A stretch of 49,175 bases of DNA from positions 1 through 49,175 of the IMG/VR virus record IMGVR_UViG_3300032074_000005. The stretch is one strand, 5' to 3'. The position numbers and the translations under genes were made by a program. This DNA comes from a virus (Duplodnaviria; Caudoviricetes). The notes beneath the pieces were generated by a model. It saw only the letters and a program-made list of their open reading frames with translations. It was not told where the DNA came from and searched no databases. This document shows positions 24,876 to 32,226 of the stretch, piece after piece; position 1 is the stretch's first letter; every line of letters starts with the position of its first letter.

Positions 24876-25027
24876 TGCGGATGCCGAACCAGCCCCGCAA
24901 GGAGAACCCTGCCCGCGCCATTCGCGTGCCGGACGAGTTGTGGCAGGCCGCTCAGAAGCGAGCGGGCGAACGAGGCGAGACGGTCAGCGAGGCCGTACGC
25001 CGATTCCTAGAGAGGTACGTGAAGTGA
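24875..25027 (+). CDS. Ribbon-helix-helix (CopG/Arc-like) repressor
   Basis: RAIRVPDELWQAAQKRAGERGETVSEAVRRFL. Confidence 0.85.
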   Translation: MRMPNQPRKENPARAIRVPDELWQAAQKRAGERGETVSEAVRRFLERYVK

Positions 25028-25227
25028 CCGAGCCCAACGCTGTAGCCCACACCGCCGAGAATGACGCAGTGGAGCGTGCAGCCTGCGCCCTCGATGACTT
25101 GGCGCTGGCACTAATGAGCGGGAGCGCGGACAACCCCGAAGGGAACCGACTCACCGCCGCCGTGGTCCACAAGTGTGCAGCAATCGTCCGACAGCACCGC
25201 GTCACACCGTCAAAGGCCGACGCATGA
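25024..25227 (+). CDS. Hypothetical cassette-type protein
   Basis: ..AVAHTAENDA...RVTPSKADA; motifs A and B. Confidence 0.7.
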   Translation: MTEPNAVAHTAENDAVERAACALDDLALALMSGSADNPEGNRLTAAVVHKCAAIVRQHRVTPSKADA

Positions 25228-25276
25228 CCGCCGCCGACTGCCCCACCCCGACGCTCGCGAGGAGTGGAAGCCCTAG
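25224..25276 (+). pseudogene. Chimeric deletion remnant
   Basis: 25218-25252 matches the start of gene 6739..6969 (34/35); 25256-25272 matches the end of the DUF6221-like gene (17/17). Confidence 0.65.
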
Positions 25277-25422
25277 TCGGTGTAGGTGAGGTGGAAAAGG
25301 GACTGTGAGTCGGCTGCCCGTAGTGCTGCGCTGAGCCTCGGGTCGGTGGCTGCCTGCTGTGCCACGGTCATCGCGCGCCAGGCGTCGAGGATGGCGTCGG
25401 TGAGCGCGTCGGGCCGGTTCAT
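25273..25422 (-). CDS. Hypothetical protein (49 aa)
   Basis: MNRPDALTDAILDAW...; ATGA-coupled to the EEP ORF. Confidence 0.5.
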   Translation of the reverse strand: MNRPDALTDAILDAWRAMTVAQQAATDPRLSAALRAADSQSLFHLTYTD

Positions 25423-26219
25423 GACGTCATTCGCCGTAGGAATGCGCCGAACCGCTGCATGGCTGAGGGTGTGGGCGGAGGCGTGAGGCCGGTCGCACGC
25501 AGGTTTGCCACCTGGAAGTCGTGGTCGCTGGCGTTGGCGTAGACCTCATGTGACAGGAATGAGAACTCCCAGTTGGAGCCGGGCGCGTTGACGTAGCCGA
25601 TCTTGTCGATTCCGTTATGACCACCCTGGACGGCCCACACCCAGCCGGGAACGACGGGCGGCATGTCCGGCCAGTTCGAGTCCAGACAGAGCAGCACATT
25701 CAACCCGGCTGCGAGCCACCACGCGATGTTGTCGTGGAGGCCGGCGAACTCCTCGGACCGTGCGGCCTTGCGCCAGTCGAGGTTGTCGTTGCCCGCATAC
25801 ACGCCAGAGACAAGGTGCGTCCCACAGAACACGAACGGATCCCAGTCGGCGCGCGCGGTCCAGTTGAGCGCGGCGTGCGTGAGGTCTCGGTGAGGAGAGA
25901 CGTGCGCCTTGCCCTTGGATAGCAGCGTGATATCGGAGACGAGCATGTGTCGCCCCGTCGGGTCGACCGTGGACGGCAGCCGATCCGGCGTGGTGAGCGC
26001 CCAACGGTCCCGCTTGACGAGCAGGTCGTTCTCAGAGCTCGCGGTGAAGTGTTGCCAGCGTGACGACGGGAGCGTCTCGTCGAGTGCGGCGTTGTCCTCA
26101 GCCTCGCTGGTCTCCTGCGTGGCGAGCAGCCCGACCTGCGCGTTGGCGGCCTTGGCGACCTGCACGACGGTCGCATAGGGCAGATCGCCAGCCTGTCCCG
26201 CGGCGGCGGGGATGTTCAT
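25419..26219 (-). CDS. Exonuclease/endonuclease/phosphatase (EEP) family domain, possibly expressed as a frameshift extension of the endolysin
   Basis: SMNI, ATQE, GTHL, LDSN, IDKI, SDH motifs. Confidence 0.8.
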   Translation of the reverse strand: MNIPAAAGQAGDLPYATVVQVAKAANAQVGLLATQETSEAEDNAALDETLPSSRWQHFTASSENDLLVKRDRWALTTPDRLPSTVDPTGRHMLVSDITLLSKGKAHVSPHRDLTHAALNWTARADWDPFVFCGTHLVSGVYAGNDNLDWRKAARSEEFAGLHDNIAWWLAAGLNVLLCLDSNWPDMPPVVPGWVWAVQGGHNGIDKIGYVNAPGSNWEFSFLSHEVYANASDHDFQVANLRATGLTPPPTPSAMQRFGAFLRRMTS

Positions 26220-26265
26220 GCTTCCCGCGCCGAAATCCTCGACGGCGGCGGGCGGAACCGGGTCA

Positions 26266-26303
26266 GGCGGCGCAGGGGGTACTGGCCGCCGTCCTATTTT
26301 CCC
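26266..26303 (-). promoter_or_regulatory. Candidate -1 programmed frameshift signal
   Basis: G GGA AAA directly before the lysin TAG; hairpin begins 6 nt downstream; the -1 frame is open into the EEP ORF. Confidence 0.7.
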
Positions 26304-27673
26304 TGATCGATGGCCGTCTGTAGCAGGGTCGTCAGCGCGTCCAGCTTCGTGCCGATCTGGCCGAGCGCGTCGACCACCCGGTCCTGTACGAGATCCTGCC
26401 GCGACACCATGCCCGCGAGCGTGCCCTCATTGACCTTCTTGCCGTGCGCGTCCTTGTTGGCGACGGGCGTGCTGGCAACGGCCTTCTGCATGAGGGCGAC
26501 CAACTGGTCGGGCGTGTAGGGCATGTCATCCTCCGGCGGGGTCGGTGGCGGGGTGGGCTTCTTGGGGTCGTTGCCGGTGAGTCGGTCCGTGGCGGCCTTG
26601 ACGAGCGTCATGAACCGGTCCCAGGGGAAGCCGGCGCCGGGGTCGGTGTGTGTGGTCTGGTGCCAGGCGTTCGACACGTCGACGTGGCCGCAGATGCCGT
26701 GCTGTCCGGCGACGAGTTGCCCGGACGAGAGTTTGACGATGGGCACCTTGTACGCGAGGCAGAGTTGCGCCACGAGGTCGGCAGCGCGCTCGAGCATGGC
26801 GGTGTGGTTGGCGTCGTTCCAGCGGGCAGCGGATCCGGTCACGGGGTCGCAGAGTTCGACGCCGATGCTGTCCTGGTTCGGGGGCGCGTGGTAGGCGACG
26901 GTGTGGTCACCGACGCACTGGATGACCTCGCCGGGATCGACAACGTAGTGGGCGCTGGTCTTGTTCGTCTCGGTGGCGAAGAAGTGCGCGATGTTCCGGG
27001 CGCCACCAGCCTCGCACGGGGAGACGGTGCCGTGGATGACGATGCGTTTCGCCGGGGTCTGCGCGCCACCATGCCAACGTGCGGCGATGAATGGCGGTGA
27101 CGGGGGGGCGATGGGCACGGGCGTACCTCCTGCGAGTCGGGTGGTCCACTCGTCGACGAGGGCGGCGAACCGCTGGCCGTATGCGACCGCTGAGGCGTCG
27201 GGGTTGGTGCCGCCGTTGTAGTGGGCTCCGGCGTCTGCCCATGAGCCCCAGCGCGCGTAGTTCGCAGCCATCAGCTCGAAGCCAAACCGGCAGTTGTCGA
27301 GCGGCACCCACGGCTGTAGACCACGGGCGGCCATCTGTGTGAAGTAGCCGCCGTCACGCTTGCCGTTGACGAGTGTGCCGGCGTAGGTGATCTGGCAGGG
27401 TCCAACACCGTTGGACGTCGCGCCTGCCATGACTTGTGTCAGGAAGTCGGTGAAGTTGGCTTCGGTGACCTCGAGCGTCTGACCAACGGGTAGTGAGTTG
27501 ACGCCGCCGACGTCGTGGCCGTAGATGTTCGCGCCGCCCGACTCCATCTCGATCAGCGCACACGCGGCGGGCAGCGGTAGAGGTGCGACGACCGACGCGG
27601 CGATGATCTCGGGCGCGTTCTGGAGGTAGGCCGCGACGATGAGGGTCGGGTCGGTCGGCGTCGTGATGATCAC
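26294..27673 (-). CDS. Endolysin: SLT/lysozyme-like domain plus Amidase_2 domain
   Basis: IEMESGG..GVGPCQ..HYNGG; IVIHGT, SAHY, AYHA.N..SIGVE, GH.D..H.DPG..FPW; GGAG RBS before the GTG. Confidence 0.9.
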   Translation of the reverse strand: MIITTPTDPTLIVAAYLQNAPEIIAASVVAPLPLPAACALIEMESGGANIYGHDVGGVNSLPVGQTLEVTEANFTDFLTQVMAGATSNGVGPCQITYAGTLVNGKRDGGYFTQMAARGLQPWVPLDNCRFGFELMAANYARWGSWADAGAHYNGGTNPDASAVAYGQRFAALVDEWTTRLAGGTPVPIAPPSPPFIAARWHGGAQTPAKRIVIHGTVSPCEAGGARNIAHFFATETNKTSAHYVVDPGEVIQCVGDHTVAYHAPPNQDSIGVELCDPVTGSAARWNDANHTAMLERAADLVAQLCLAYKVPIVKLSSGQLVAGQHGICGHVDVSNAWHQTTHTDPGAGFPWDRFMTLVKAATDRLTGNDPKKPTPPPTPPEDDMPYTPDQLVALMQKAVASTPVANKDAHGKKVNEGTLAGMVSRQDLVQDRVVDALGQIGTKLDALTTLLQTAIDQGK

Positions 27674-27683
27674 GCCGGCTCCG

Positions 27684-28157
27684 CTACGGCGTGACCGCTG
27701 GAGATGTAGAAGACCATGACGCCGCCTCTCGTCTTGCTTGAAATGCCCGACGACGGGCGGCTTGACATGTACGGCAGTAGCGGTACCCGGTCTTCTTCTG
27801 CACGTAGGTGTTTGCCTCGTCCAGTAGATGGCCGGACTTGCACCGTTCGGGGCGGAACGCCGCGTCACGTACGTCTCGGGGAATCCGCTCGAGGTTGACT
27901 GAGCAGGTAACCGGCTCGAGGTGCCAGGGGTTGACGCACCAGCGATTCCGACACAGGTGGTCGATCATGAGTTCGTCGGGAATCTCGCCGCGGAGGCTGG
28001 TATAGGCCCAGCGGTGAGCGCGCACGTACCGCTCGCTGTCCCAGAAGTTGCCGTAGCCGTGACTACCGATAGCGCCAGTCCATCGCCAGCACTCGTCGTC
28101 CTGCGCGACCTTCTCCCAGAAGCGCTCGTCTACGGGCCTGCGCGTACGCTTGCTCAT
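27684..28157 (-). CDS. HNH homing endonuclease (HNH_3 type)
   Basis: RFWEKV..CWRW..AHRWAY..IDHLCRNRWCVNPWHL; CKSGH..RYCRTC. Confidence 0.9.
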   Translation of the reverse strand: MSKRTRRPVDERFWEKVAQDDECWRWTGAIGSHGYGNFWDSERYVRAHRWAYTSLRGEIPDELMIDHLCRNRWCVNPWHLEPVTCSVNLERIPRDVRDAAFRPERCKSGHLLDEANTYVQKKTGYRYCRTCQAARRRAFQARREAASWSSTSPAVTP

Positions 28158-28247
28158 GCGGATACCTCTCGCCAGGTGTTCGCCAGGCCCCGGGCGTTCG
28201 CAGCGCGCCGGGGCCGCCTATTCAATTGCCCTTATTCTATAGGGGGT

Positions 28248-28499
28248 TCAGTGCCACCAGTGCAGAACATGCCCTAGGTACCAGCACCAGGTGACCAGCA
28301 GCGTCAGCCATGTCCCCGCGAACGTCCAGCCGCCCCCAGGGGTGTCGGTGTGGAACCAGGCGCGCGTCCGTTCGGAAAGGGTGTCGCCAGGGACCTTGTT
28401 CTTGATCGCCAGCGCCTCGGGCACAGCGAATCCGCCGAGGACGAGGCCAATCAGCCACACCGCCCAGTAGGCGTGCGGGACTACGACGAGCGCGATCAT
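28248..28499 (-). CDS. Membrane protein (lysis cassette)
   Basis: Two TM segments; E..A......DTLSE..R.W. Confidence 0.7.
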   Translation of the reverse strand: MIALVVVPHAYWAVWLIGLVLGGFAVPEALAIKNKVPGDTLSERTRAWFHTDTPGGGWTFAGTWLTLLVTWCWYLGHVLHWWH

Positions 28500-28508
28500 G
28501 GGGCCTCC

Positions 28509-28667
28509 TCAGTCGACGACGGTCAGCCGGTGGTCGTTCACGCACAGCACGATCCGGTGTCGTACCGGGTTGCCCTCGGGGTCGGGGATCGTGTAGTCGT
28601 CGACCACTTCCGCCGGCCGCAAGCACTTGTCGTCAGCGCAGACGGTGAAGATGAGCGAGGCGGTCAC
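28509..28667 (-). CDS. Small Cys-containing protein
   Basis: GGAGG RBS, GTGA coupling. Confidence 0.5.
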   Translation of the reverse strand: MTASLIFTVCADDKCLRPAEVVDDYTIPDPEGNPVRHRIVLCVNDHRLTVVD

Positions 28668-28960
28668 TTGTCCTCCCGGCCCGCGCGCCAGATGATGAGG
28701 CACAGCGCAAGGAACTGCTGCCACAGCCCCAGGAACACCAGGGCGTACACGACTAGGCGCGTGATGCCGTTGTTGCCGAGCAGCCCGAAGTAGTGCGCCA
28801 CCGACAGGTCGACGAGCAGTGCCAGACCGATCGCCTTCGTCATCAGCGCACGGCCGAGCAGCGAGCGATACCACGGGCGGGTTGCGTACAGCAGCGGGAA
28901 CAGGGTGGCCGGGAGCACCATGCCAACCACGAGAGCCACGGCGAGAGTGTCGCTAGTCAT
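28664..28960 (-). CDS. Three-TM membrane protein, putative holin
   Basis: Y....PW.RS.LGRALM; hydrophobic. Confidence 0.7.
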   Translation of the reverse strand: MTSDTLAVALVVGMVLPATLFPLLYATRPWYRSLLGRALMTKAIGLALLVDLSVAHYFGLLGNNGITRLVVYALVFLGLWQQFLALCLIIWRAGREDK

Positions 28961-29145
28961 CGCTGCGACTCCTCGAACAGCGCCACAATCGCATCCTTGA
29001 AGCCGTTGCGCCGGACGATCATGCGGGCTTCCTCGGCGAGCTTGCGTGCAGCCTCATGCTCCCGATGCGCTTGTTCCAGCCACCGCTCAGCCTCCCTGGC
29101 CTTCCGCTCAGCCTGAGCGGCCCGGTGACGCCACGGCCACCTCAC
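28957..29145 (-). CDS. Small helical protein of the lysis cassette
   Basis: VRWPW...RRNGF; coupled. Confidence 0.6.
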   Translation of the reverse strand: MRWPWRHRAAQAERKAREAERWLEQAHREHEAARKLAEEARMIVRRNGFKDAIVALFEESQR

Positions 29146-29405
29146 GGCGAACTGTCCCGCCTGCGATCCCGAGCCACGTCCAGAAACGCCCGCGTCAACG
29201 CATTCGACTCGCTGATCGCCTTGGAGAAGTCCGAGATGGTCTGATCCTTGATGACATCCCGCTGCATCAACGCCTCGATCTGTCGGTCCTTCGCGTCGAC
29301 TTCCCGCCGCGTCGCCAACCGTCCGGTAGCCAGGAGCCAGCCGAGGAGTGCGACGATCCCAACGACTCCAATGCCATTCAGGAGACCTACCGGCAGCGCC
29401 GTCAT
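29142..29405 (-). CDS. Membrane protein with coiled coil (lysis cassette)
   Basis: N-terminal TM, then TGRL.TRRE; GGAGG RBS. Confidence 0.7.
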   Translation of the reverse strand: MTALPVGLLNGIGVVGIVALLGWLLATGRLATRREVDAKDRQIEALMQRDVIKDQTISDFSKAISESNALTRAFLDVARDRRRDSSP

Positions 29406-29590
29406 GCCATGCCTCCCAGGTGAGGACCGAAGCCCCGGCCATAGCACACAAGCGCGTCTCCCTCGCGTTTGCCCCGGCATGTATCACCACGCCGGGGTGT
29501 GATTCTTTAGTGGTAGCCCGTGACGACCGGTAGGGTCGGTTGCCGCGGGTTAGGTCCGCCCTGGTCTCCCTGGGGCGGGCCGTCCTCCTG

Positions 29591-29725
29591 TTACGTCTGT
29601 GCGAGCCAGGCCGCTGCTGCGTCGTGCAGGTACTTCGGGCAGCTCGACGTAGCCAGGAACCGGGTCAACGCGTCGATGAGCGCCTGCTGCGCGCTAGGAA
29701 CCGGTGCCGCAGCGAGCACGATCAT
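29591..29725 (-). CDS. Hypothetical protein (44 aa)
   Basis: ATGA-coupled to the GH26-like gene. Confidence 0.4.
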   Translation of the reverse strand: MIVLAAAPVPSAQQALIDALTRFLATSSCPKYLHDAAAAWLAQT

Positions 29726-31050
29726 CCGGCGACCTTCGAGGCCAGCGACGCCGAATATGCCGCAACCGACTTCGGGAACGCGCCCGTGTCGATCTGGTAG
29801 GCGACCGCGACGCCGTTGTTGTCGACCTTGTTGCGGTTGAACAGCACCGCGAACAGCACGTTCTGGTCGACCATCGTCTGCCGGAAGTTCGTGAAGAACG
29901 CCGCGACCGCAGTGTCACCGTGGCTCGTGTCGTCACCCGTCTCACTGATGGCCAGCGGAGGCGAACCGAGGCGGGCGTACTGGGTCGCGGCAGCACCCGT
30001 GCGGAACCACGACAGGACCGGCCCCCACGTCGAGGCGGGCGTCGACGATGCCGAGTCGTTCTTCGTGGCGTACGGGTCGACGCTGATCCAGTCCAGCGGC
30101 GTGGTGATGTTCTGCAGAACGGTCAGAATCTTCGTCTTGTCCGACCCGCCGCACCAGTAGCCGACCTTCACCAGCGGCGCGTTCGCTCGGCACTTGGACA
30201 CGAACAGCGACAGGTTCCGGCCGTACGCGCCGAGGTCGGCCGATGTGCCGGTGACCGTGTTCTGGTTGACCTTGACCTCGAATTCGTGGTCGAACGTCGC
30301 GTACACGGAGACGTTGGGGTTGACCCGCGAGAGCTTGTCGAGGGCGGCCACGTAGGCGTCGAGCTTGGACAGCGCGGTCGCGTCACCGGAGGCAATCAGC
30401 GCCTCGTAGGTGGTGCCGTTCGTGGAGATCGTCAGCAGCGGACAGATGCCCTTGTTGATGCGGGTCGTCTCGTTGGTGATGTTCGTCGCGGAGAGGCCGG
30501 CGCTGAACTGGTAGTAGGTGGAGGCGATGTCCGGGTAGCGGCCGAACGAGGTCTGTGCGGCGTCGTCGGTGGTCGGGCCGCCGTTGTAGATGCCGAGTCG
30601 GCGCACGGTGGTCGTGTTCGTCGTCTTGGCCGTCGCGATCGTCGACGGACCCGACTCGCCGGCACTGTTGACCGCAGTCACAAAGTAGGAGTAGCTCGTG
30701 CCAGGTGTGAGCCCGGAGAACGTGGTGGAGGTGACGTTGCCGACCGTCTTGAGCAGCACCGACAGGGCGTTGTACACCCGGTAACCGGTCACTGCGGGCG
30801 ACCCGGCTGCCACGGTGGCGGCCGTCCATGACAGGTCGAGGCTGGTGTTGGACGTGGCGGTCGCCTTGACACCTGTTGGCGGATTCGGAGCACCAGGCGG
30901 AACCGGTGTCGGCGGAGGAGTTGGCGAACCGCCAGACCCTGGCGGGTTCCCGAGCGTCACGTCGACCAGACCCGCCGACGTGGACAGCTTGCTGACCGTC
31001 ACGTCCTGAAACGCGCCCCCACCTAGGGACAGCTTCGCCGGGAACGACAC
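29722..31050 (-). CDS. Fibronectin type III + GH26-like glycoside hydrolase
   Basis: FN3 (P.G..A....SL.LSW...GY.V...L.PGT.Y...V.AVN..GES); catalytic-like FDHEFE, ISVDPY, ISETG. Confidence 0.75.
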   Translation of the reverse strand: MSFPAKLSLGGGAFQDVTVSKLSTSAGLVDVTLGNPPGSGGSPTPPPTPVPPGAPNPPTGVKATATSNTSLDLSWTAATVAAGSPAVTGYRVYNALSVLLKTVGNVTSTTFSGLTPGTSYSYFVTAVNSAGESGPSTIATAKTTNTTTVRRLGIYNGGPTTDDAAQTSFGRYPDIASTYYQFSAGLSATNITNETTRINKGICPLLTISTNGTTYEALIASGDATALSKLDAYVAALDKLSRVNPNVSVYATFDHEFEVKVNQNTVTGTSADLGAYGRNLSLFVSKCRANAPLVKVGYWCGGSDKTKILTVLQNITTPLDWISVDPYATKNDSASSTPASTWGPVLSWFRTGAAATQYARLGSPPLAISETGDDTSHGDTAVAAFFTNFRQTMVDQNVLFAVLFNRNKVDNNGVAVAYQIDTGAFPKSVAAYSASLASKVAG

Positions 31051-31051
31051 G

Positions 31052-32224
31052 TCAGGCCTTCTTCAACTCAACCGCGATGATGGTCTTCTGTGCCGTGCTC
31101 GAGGCGGTCCAGTTCACGAGGTTGACCCCATCCAGCCGGTACTCGGCATCGGTGAGGATCGTCGGCCCGTCTGTGGCTGTCGCCTGCACGCCGAGCTCGG
31201 TGTATCCGTCGCCCACGGTTGCCGTCTGGGATGCCGACTGGGCCGTGTAGTAGCCGACCACGGGGTTCGCCGCATTCACCCCGGACAGAGTCACAGCGGG
31301 GGTCGTGTTCGCCGGGTACGCGGTGGCCCCCTGGACGACGGTGCCAGTAGTGGCAACACCGGTCACCTGCGTGACGCGCAGCCCACAGTTCATCATCGTC
31401 GTAGCGAACGTGGCAGTGATCGCGCCCGCCGTCGGAGTACCGGTGCCGAGCCACAGCGAGGAGGCGGTGTTGCCGGCAGTGGTCTTGACGCTGGCGACCC
31501 GAGTCCACGTCAGACCCGCACCGGTCACCGACGTGGGATGGTCCGCGGTGCCGTCAGTGCGACCCGCGGCGACGTGCAGCAGCGTCACAGAGCCTGCGGC
31601 GGGGGTCACTGAGTCCGTCGCGAACGTCGTGCCGTCCGTGGTCCGCACCGAAGCGAACAGCGACGTGAACGCGGGCTGCCCGACACCCGCGGGGACGATC
31701 ACCAACAGTTGCCCGGCGGGAACGTCGGGGATCGGGTCGCCAGCGTTGATGACCACGAACTGAGGGTGCGCCGTGTTGTACGCGGCCACCTCGTTGTCGA
31801 TGGCCGTGGTGAGCGTCGAGGAGTCCACCTTCGCGGCGAGAGCAGAGGTCAGGCCGGTCACGGTGGTCGTGTCGACCGTGAGCGGCACCGCGCCGGTCAG
31901 TTGTGGGCCACCGTTCAGCGAGATCGACGAGACGCCACCGGTCCGGTTCGCAAGCCCGACCGGCTGCACCTCCCACCAGAGCGAGGTAACCGGATCCTGC
32001 ACCCACATGGACCCCGTGTAACCGTCCGGGCCGAACCAGACCGTCGCACCCGTCACGTCGTCGGGGTCCGGCGCAGTGATCGCGTTGCCGTTGACGTCGG
32101 TCAGGTCAGCCTCCGGGACGCCGCCCTCGGTGCGGGAGACGACCAGCGGCGCCTTCTCTGACGTCAGGGTGCCGCCCGTACCAGGAACGGCGATGACGAC
32201 CGGGCCGTACTTCGTGCGTGCCAT
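31052..32224 (-). CDS. Minor tail protein / fibre
   Basis: Position; Thr/Gly-rich beta domains; FGPDG motif. Confidence 0.7.
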   Translation of the reverse strand: MARTKYGPVVIAVPGTGGTLTSEKAPLVVSRTEGGVPEADLTDVNGNAITAPDPDDVTGATVWFGPDGYTGSMWVQDPVTSLWWEVQPVGLANRTGGVSSISLNGGPQLTGAVPLTVDTTTVTGLTSALAAKVDSSTLTTAIDNEVAAYNTAHPQFVVINAGDPIPDVPAGQLLVIVPAGVGQPAFTSLFASVRTTDGTTFATDSVTPAAGSVTLLHVAAGRTDGTADHPTSVTGAGLTWTRVASVKTTAGNTASSLWLGTGTPTAGAITATFATTMMNCGLRVTQVTGVATTGTVVQGATAYPANTTPAVTLSGVNAANPVVGYYTAQSASQTATVGDGYTELGVQATATDGPTILTDAEYRLDGVNLVNWTASSTAQKTIIAVELKKA

Positions 32225-32226
32225 GC

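Noticed and set aside
5981-25227. CRISPR array or diversity-generating retroelement as the explanation for the repeats
   Set aside because: Repeats are dispersed and lie within ORFs rather than regularly spaced; no cas or reverse transcriptase; differences are not adenine-specific
27684-28247. Group I intron carrying the HNH and splitting the lysin
   Set aside because: Flanking genes look intact with their own starts, and there is too little non-coding sequence for a ribozyme core
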